Assembly (NCBI GenBank): GCA_965248195.1
Contig: CBDFIQ010000001.1
Coordinates: 32,001 to 96,000 of the forward strand
Source: Longimicrobiales bacterium
Lineage (GTDB): Bacteria; Gemmatimonadota; Gemmatimonadetes; Longimicrobiales; Gaopeijiaceae
Reading direction: 5' to 3'
Length of the DNA stretch: 64,000 bases
Position 1 is the stretch's first letter. Each line of letters opens with the position of its first letter. The translations under genes were made by a program, and so were the position numbers. Below, in pieces: positions 58,765 to 64,000 of this stretch. The notes under the pieces are model-generated. The model did no database searches, was not told the DNA's origin, and worked only from the letters and a program-made list of their open reading frames with translations.

Positions 58765-59711
58765 GCTTCGCGTTCGCCCAGCTCGGTTGGCTGATCCTCC
58801 TTGCGGCCGTCCCGGTCTGGGTGTGGTGGGTCACCCCGAAAGGGAGTGGGGCCATGCTCGTCGCGCGCGGGACCGAGGCGAGACGTGTCTCGCTGCGGGC
58901 GTGGATCGGGCGAGGCCTCGAGCTCGCGCCGCGTTTCCTGCGAGGGCTCGGCGTCACGGCCGTCATTCTCGGGCTCGCGCAGCCACGGCTCATCGAGACG
59001 TTCGAAGAACCGGTGGCCGAGGGCGTAGCCATCGCCATCGCGATCGACCTGTCCACCTCGATGGGCGCGCGTGACATGTCTCGGCGCGGATCGAGGATGC
59101 AGGCCGCCAAGCAGACCATCCTCGAGTTCCTCGAGGGCCGCACCGACGACATCGGCGTCGTCTCCTTCGGCGGCGAGGCGCTGACCCGCGTGCCCCTGAC
59201 GCACGACCACTACGTCGTGCGCGCCGCGATCGAAGACCTGGATTCCCGGCTCCTTCTCGACGGAACCGATATCGCGGGTGCCATCGCGGCCGGGGCGGGG
59301 CTCCTCCGCGACGCGCCCCACAGCTCGAAGATACTGATCCTCCTGACCGACGGCGCCCACAACGGCGAGGGTCTCGAGCCGTCGCGTGCTGCGCGGGCCG
59401 CGGCGGCGTTCGGCGTCCGTATTTACGCGATCGCGATGGGCACCGATTACATGCTGAGGGACCGGCTCGCCGAGATGGAGACGGTCCTCACACAGGCCGC
59501 TTCCATTACAGACGGCCGCTACTTCCGCGCGACCGACCTCGAAGCCCTGGAGGAGGTCTACGAGGAGATCGACCGCCTGGCCGCCCCCTCGGAGGAGATC
59601 GTCGAGCGGACGGAGGCCACCCCGATCGGGCTCTGGTTCCTGCTGGCGTCGATGCCCATACTCCTGCTTGGGGCGGCGGTGCGCGGCTCGCGCTGGGGGG
59701 TGCTCCCATGA
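58761..59711 (+). CDS. VWA domain protein (BatA-like)
   Basis: DLSTSM, PLT.D, LLTDG, GRYFRA. Confidence 0.9.
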   Translation: MSFAFAQLGWLILLAAVPVWVWWVTPKGSGAMLVARGTEARRVSLRAWIGRGLELAPRFLRGLGVTAVILGLAQPRLIETFEEPVAEGVAIAIAIDLSTSMGARDMSRRGSRMQAAKQTILEFLEGRTDDIGVVSFGGEALTRVPLTHDHYVVRAAIEDLDSRLLLDGTDIAGAIAAGAGLLRDAPHSSKILILLTDGAHNGEGLEPSRAARAAAAFGVRIYAIAMGTDYMLRDRLAEMETVLTQAASITDGRYFRATDLEALEEVYEEIDRLAAPSEEIVERTEATPIGLWFLLASMPILLLGAAVRGSRWGVLP

Positions 59712-60793
59712 TCTTCGAGCGCCCCGAGCTCCTCGCGCTGGCTCCCCTGGCGGCGATCCTCTTCGCGTTCACGGTCGGGGCATACTGGCGTCGCCTCAGG
59801 AGGTTGGCGACGGCCTACGAGCTGACCGCCCTTCGCCGCTTGTTGCCGACCAGCCCCGGACGCTTCCCCACACGGCGGTTCCTATGTCTCGTCGGCGCGG
59901 GGGCCCTCCTCGGCCTCGCCGCCGCCGGCCCGGTACTTTGGGACCCGGAGCCCCCTGAGGCGGTGCCTCCGCTGGACGTCGCCATCGCGGTCGACCTGTC
60001 GCTGTCGATGAACGCCGCGGCTGAAACGGGAAACGCGGGTCAAACGCGAAGTCGGATCGAGCGTGCGCGGGAGGCGATAGACCGCCTCGCGGAGGAGCTG
60101 CCCTCCGTCCGCTTCACCCTCGTCGTCTTCGCCGGGTGGCCGTACATGCTCGTGCCTCCCACCGACGATCCGGACGTGATTCGCTACTTCGTCGACTCTC
60201 TCCAGCCCGAGGTGGTCCAGGAGGGGGACCGGGGCAACTCGCTTGGGAGCACCCTGGAGCTCGCGGGCCGCGCCCTGGAGACCCGGCCGTCCGAGGATGG
60301 GCGTCAAGCCATCCTGGTCATCTCCGATGGCGACGTGTACGAAGACGAAGACGTGCTCGTGCGTGCGGCCGCAGACGCAGCCGCGCGTGGCGTCGAGGTC
60401 TGGATCGCCGGGCTGGGCTCCGAGGCGGGATCACCGATCTCGATCGCAGGGGAGCCCGTTCTCGACCCAGTCGGCAGGCCCGTGAGCACGAGCCAGAACG
60501 CGGACCTCCTGAGCGCGATGGCCGAGGCCGGGCAGGGTCGCTACCAGGACATCACGGAGGACGAGGGACTCGACTCCCTGGTCGACGACCTGCGCGACCT
60601 GAGTGGCGACTCACGGGAGGGTCCGGCCGAGCCGTTCGACACGACCGCGCTCTTCGCGCTCTTGGCGATCCCGCTCCTGCTGTGGGAGGGCGTCGTCGAC
60701 GCCCGTCGGGCAGTCATCGGAGGCGGCGCCAGCCAAAGGCCCGAGGGGCCGGAAGCCATCCGCGACCACGACGAAAAGGCCCGGGCCGCATGA
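59708..60793 (+). CDS. VWA domain protein (BatB-like)
   Basis: DLSLSM, FAG, PPTDD, ISDG. Confidence 0.88.
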   Translation: MIFERPELLALAPLAAILFAFTVGAYWRRLRRLATAYELTALRRLLPTSPGRFPTRRFLCLVGAGALLGLAAAGPVLWDPEPPEAVPPLDVAIAVDLSLSMNAAAETGNAGQTRSRIERAREAIDRLAEELPSVRFTLVVFAGWPYMLVPPTDDPDVIRYFVDSLQPEVVQEGDRGNSLGSTLELAGRALETRPSEDGRQAILVISDGDVYEDEDVLVRAAADAAARGVEVWIAGLGSEAGSPISIAGEPVLDPVGRPVSTSQNADLLSAMAEAGQGRYQDITEDEGLDSLVDDLRDLSGDSREGPAEPFDTTALFALLAIPLLLWEGVVDARRAVIGGGASQRPEGPEAIRDHDEKARAA

Positions 60794-61569
60794 CCGACTC
60801 GATCTTCGGAGGCGGGTGGCGTGCGTTGCTCCTGGTCGGCCTCTCCGTCGTCGGCATCGCGCTCACGGTCAGGGCGGAGCGTGAGAGCGAGTCACGCGCC
60901 AATCGACTCCACCGTGCCGACCGGCTCGAGGAGGCCGCCGAGATCTACGTCGATAGGGCCGCGGAGGAGTCGACCGCCGAGCGGCTCCACTACAACCTCG
61001 GGACCACGCTGCTGCGACTGGGGAGTGCCGAGGCGGCCCTGGAGCTTACCACCGCAGTGGAGTCGGACGACGAGCGGGTGCGCGTCGGCGCCCACTACAA
61101 CCTAGGGCTGTGGCGCCTCATCCAGGCGCTCTTGTCACAGAGCAGCGACTCGATCGTCTACCACGCGACCCAAGCGGTCGAAGAGAACAAGGCCGCGCTG
61201 CGCCTGGATCCGAGTCACCCCGATGCGGGCTGGAATCTCGCGTTCGCCCGGATTCTCATCGTGGAGGCTTCGCCCGATTTCGACCTCGGCAACATAGACC
61301 AGCCGAACGGCGCACCCGACCTCGGCGAGATCCAGATCATCGAGGGCCCCTCACCCTTCGGGCAGGACGAGGGGTTCGGCGATCAGCCTTCCGAAGCCGA
61401 GGACGAGTCGATCGCGACCGAGGACCTCCTGCCGCTCACGCTGGCCGAAGCGAGCGACATCCTCGGGACGGGGCACCGCAACCCGTCCACCATGACGGGC
61501 AAGCTGCTACTGAGGGAGGGGCGCGCTCGACGCCGTCGGCAGATCTTCGTCGCGGGTCCGCCCTGGTAG
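60790..61569 (+). CDS. TPR protein (BatC-like)
   Basis: Two HYNLG motifs, ALRLDP..DA.WNL, terminal W. Confidence 0.82.
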   Translation: MTDSIFGGGWRALLLVGLSVVGIALTVRAERESESRANRLHRADRLEEAAEIYVDRAAEESTAERLHYNLGTTLLRLGSAEAALELTTAVESDDERVRVGAHYNLGLWRLIQALLSQSSDSIVYHATQAVEENKAALRLDPSHPDAGWNLAFARILIVEASPDFDLGNIDQPNGAPDLGEIQIIEGPSPFGQDEGFGDQPSEAEDESIATEDLLPLTLAEASDILGTGHRNPSTMTGKLLLREGRARRRRQIFVAGPPW

Positions 61570-61624
61570 CGGTCAGGGGCAGGCGACGCGGCTGAGGGCC
61601 AGGCTGCATGCGCGGTCGCGGATC

Positions 61625-61849
61625 CTAGTGGTGGGCCAAGTTTCGGACGTGAAGAATCTCACTGGGCTGGATGGCACGGATATCGGCGTCAGACAAGGTG
61701 AGCACCGCGACGGTGCCGCCCTCTCCGGAAATGAACTCCACTTCATAGGAGGCGTCGCTGTGGCAATGGACTATCGCCCCCACGTCGCCCGCCTCGAGGC
61801 CCGCGTCAGGGAGCGCCCGGCGGAGAACCACGGTATCTAATTCCTTCAT
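61625..61849 (-). CDS. DUF4926 domain protein
   Basis: ELDTVVL...GL.AGDVGAIVH...YEVEF. Confidence 0.88.
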   Translation of the reverse strand: MKELDTVVLRRALPDAGLEAGDVGAIVHCHSDASYEVEFISGEGGTVAVLTLSDADIRAIQPSEILHVRNLAHH

Positions 61850-61956
61850 CTTCCCCCCCGCGCCGGGTAAGCCGTCACGAATGTCGGAACGTCATCATCC
61901 TCACCGACGATCCATACGGTGTCGAGTGTCATCGGGCTCCCATCAGGAGCGTCGAT
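61846..61956 (-). pseudogene. DUF6883-like C-terminal remnant
   Basis: IDAPDGSPMTLDTVWIVGEDDDVPTFVTAYPARGGR*, with the stop in ATGA overlap with DUF4926. Confidence 0.6.
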
Positions 61957-61962
61957 CGCCTG

Positions 61963-62913
61963 TTAGATGGACCCGTCCACATTGGTACTCCGGGACGCCT
62001 CCTCCCTCCAAGCCGCCCACCGCCTTTCGTTCCTTCGCCTGACGAGCACAGCCCCGACGGTCACCAGACCCACGCCGAGCAGGATCGCCCACCACCAGTG
62101 CTGGAGAGACTCGACCACGCAACCGGGGACCCTCACCCCTTTGTCCCTGAGCCCCCTCACTTCCGAGCAAACGTTCGAGCCATAGACGATGACGACATCG
62201 CCCCTTCCAAGCCCAGTGTTCTCCACCAAGGGCTGAATGGTCGCCAGGTCGGGCAAGTCGTGGACATAGAGCTCAGTCAACTCCGTCATGCCACGCATGG
62301 CGCCGATATCCGTGAGCGGGTTGAAGTAGACGCGGAGGGTCGTGAGTCGCGTCAGCCCACTCAATGCGCTGATGTCGCTGATGTCGTTGTAGCTGATGTC
62401 GAGATTGGTCAGCTGCGTGAGGCCGCTCAGAGCGCCGATGTCACCGATCTCGTTCTCGCGGATCTGCAGAAAGGTGAGATTCGTGAGTCCGGCCAGCGCA
62501 CTGACGTCCGCCACCGAGTTCGCCCCGAGGACGAGCCTGTTCAGGCTCGACAGTCCAGCCAGCTGGCTGATGTCGGTAATCGCGTTGTCCCAGAGATTGA
62601 GCTCTTCGAGGCCCGTGAGATTCTGGATCCCGTCCAGGTTCTCGATTTCGGCTTCCGCGGCGACCAGGTTGGTCAGCTCCGATACGAGGCCGCAGGTGAG
62701 ATCATCGCTCTCGCCAACCGAGAGGGTAGATCGTACAGCCGACTCCAGGTGCTCATCCTCGAACACTGCAATCGCTGAGCTGCTTTGGTCGCTGCAGGGC
62801 TCACTGGACTGGGCATCCGGTGCTCCGGTCCGATCAATCGCGTCGACTTGCGGGGCAGAGCTAGACCAGAAGAGGAGCGTACTCAGGACGATGGGCATGG
62901 ACATGAGATTCAC
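61963..62913 (-). CDS. Internalin-like leucine-rich repeat surface protein
   Basis: Signal peptide, FED..LE.AVR cap, 22-aa LTxLxLxxNxIxDIxxLxx repeats, C-terminal TM followed by RRR. Confidence 0.9.
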   Translation of the reverse strand: MNLMSMPIVLSTLLFWSSSAPQVDAIDRTGAPDAQSSEPCSDQSSSAIAVFEDEHLESAVRSTLSVGESDDLTCGLVSELTNLVAAEAEIENLDGIQNLTGLEELNLWDNAITDISQLAGLSSLNRLVLGANSVADVSALAGLTNLTFLQIRENEIGDIGALSGLTQLTNLDISYNDISDISALSGLTRLTTLRVYFNPLTDIGAMRGMTELTELYVHDLPDLATIQPLVENTGLGRGDVVIVYGSNVCSEVRGLRDKGVRVPGCVVESLQHWWWAILLGVGLVTVGAVLVRRRNERRWAAWREEASRSTNVDGSI

Positions 62914-63042
62914 CCGGATACCACCATCTTACCGATGGACTCGACTGTGGTCCTCATACAATCTCCGTACCAGCGCCTGAGGCGCACCCCAGGCCACCCA
63001 ACTTTGGTCTCTACCGACTCTACAGCCTTCTCTCGCGCTGGC

Positions 63043-63188
63043 GCATAACGGTCCAGGCGCTCCCGACGCGGAGGTGAGCGTAGCTCACCGGAGTGTCCCG
63101 AAGGGCCGGGCCCGCGTCCATGGATAAGCCACACGCGTACGGCGCGAAAGCGCTCCATGAGGGCCCGAGCGGGAGCGCAGCGTTATGT
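63043..63188 (-). repeat. attC-like site (different sequence family)
   Basis: Minus strand ACATAAC-GCTGCGCTCCCG...CGGGAGCGCCTGGACC-GTTATGC, 146 bp, 30 bp after a stop codon. Confidence 0.7.
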
Positions 63189-63218
63189 GACGTGTAGCTG
63201 GCGGTCGAGCCGCACCGT

Positions 63219-64000
63219 TCAACCCATGCCGCTTGTGAAGCCGCCCATCAGGTCCACAGCTCCGTGCGTCACTCGGCCTCGGTTGAACACCCAGTCGATG
63301 AGAAGGAGGAAGATGCCGCTGACCCATGCGGCGTAACCGTAGCCGATGTAGCTGCCGGTCAGAAATGAGTAGAACCAGTCCTGAACGAAGAGGTAGCCGA
63401 TAATCGAGACGCCGGTGGCCGCGAGGAGAAGCCAGAGTGCCAGTCGAGCGGCTTCCGGCGCGGCACGCCCGGCGAACGAGGCGACGAAGACCATCAAGAA
63501 GAGGGCCGCGTTGATCCCGCTGAAGATCCGAAGATCGCGGACGAGGTCGGTGACGGCCTCGGAGTACCGACCCCGCGCCCAGGACAGGGCGGTTTCGGAA
63601 CCTCGCTCCAACAACGAGACCTGAAACGCTCCCAACTCGTTGATCATCGCCGCCAACGTGTCTGTTGACATGCAGTTGTAGTGACAGAGGCTCGCCAAGG
63701 CGTCTGCGAGTCGCGTGCTGAGTCCCGCGCTCAGAGCACTTCGCAATGTGTCCGCGCGATCGGAGAAGACCTCGGCCAAGGCACCGAGTCGACCCGAACT
63801 CATTACTGAATCCAGTTGGCTGAACCTCACATCTACTTCGGCCGTGACGCGTTCCACGACATAGTCATGAGCGCGCGTCTCGAGGCTCCCCGGGAAGAGC
63901 CATGCTAGCGCGAAGCAGGCGGAGAACAGGAGCGAGCCAGCCCCGGCTATTGCACGAAGGCCCGGGTCGGCGGCAGCAAGGCCCCGACCGCGCGAGCCCT
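63219..64000 (-). CDS. Hypothetical membrane protein (5' end beyond window)
   Basis: Frame stays open to 64000; DLRIFSGINA, YLFVQDWF, YIGYGY, DWVFNRGRVT. Confidence 0.75.
   Translation of the reverse strand, partial: GSRGRGLAAADPGLRAIAGAGSLLFSACFALAWLFPGSLETRAHDYVVERVTAEVDVRFSQLDSVMSSGRLGALAEVFSDRADTLRSALSAGLSTRLADALASLCHYNCMSTDTLAAMINELGAFQVSLLERGSETALSWARGRYSEAVTDLVRDLRIFSGINAALFLMVFVASFAGRAAPEAARLALWLLLAATGVSIIGYLFVQDWFYSFLTGSYIGYGYAAWVSGIFLLLIDWVFNRGRVTHGAVDLMGGFTSGMG

Noticed and set aside
55838..61569. MoxR-DUF58-VWA-VWA-TPR operon as an undescribed system
   Set aside because: Matches the known MoxR-proper/Bat operon layout.

Overview
GC-rich bacterial window; gene content and order suggest Gemmatimonadota, which is an inference. 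It has three zones. (1) About 1.9-21.6 kb is an accessory island. Its backbone is an integron-type cassette array on the minus strand: candidate attI at ~16440, then SnoaL-like, bioY, padR plus a shortened lptF/G, VOC, and a distal RelE/ParE toxin-antitoxin pair. No intact integrase is present in the window. The array is heavily invaded by IS elements: four IS256 copies, an IS481, IS30 ends and two IS110/IS1111 elements, both inserted inside attC sites. The intact IS1111 (13676-15132) has a 3' non-coding region in which guide segments matching its attC target (14-mer, TG/CA core) and, less clearly, its own circle junction can be read directly. This is a candidate bridge/seek RNA programmed against attC. 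(2) About 21.8-61.6 kb is core genome: MFS, accA, ricT, metG, M23 peptidase, fadJ-like, mocA/xdhC, dsbA, gyrA, uvrA, ABC exporter, waaA, SPFH, MutS-like, FAH, and a moxR/DUF58/VWA/TPR operon. Several of these genes carry short in-frame tandem-repeat expansions. (3) About 61.6-64 kb is a second accessory edge with DUF4926, a DUF6883-like remnant, an LRR protein and another attC of a different sequence family. I found no CRISPR array, rRNA or tRNA by eye.
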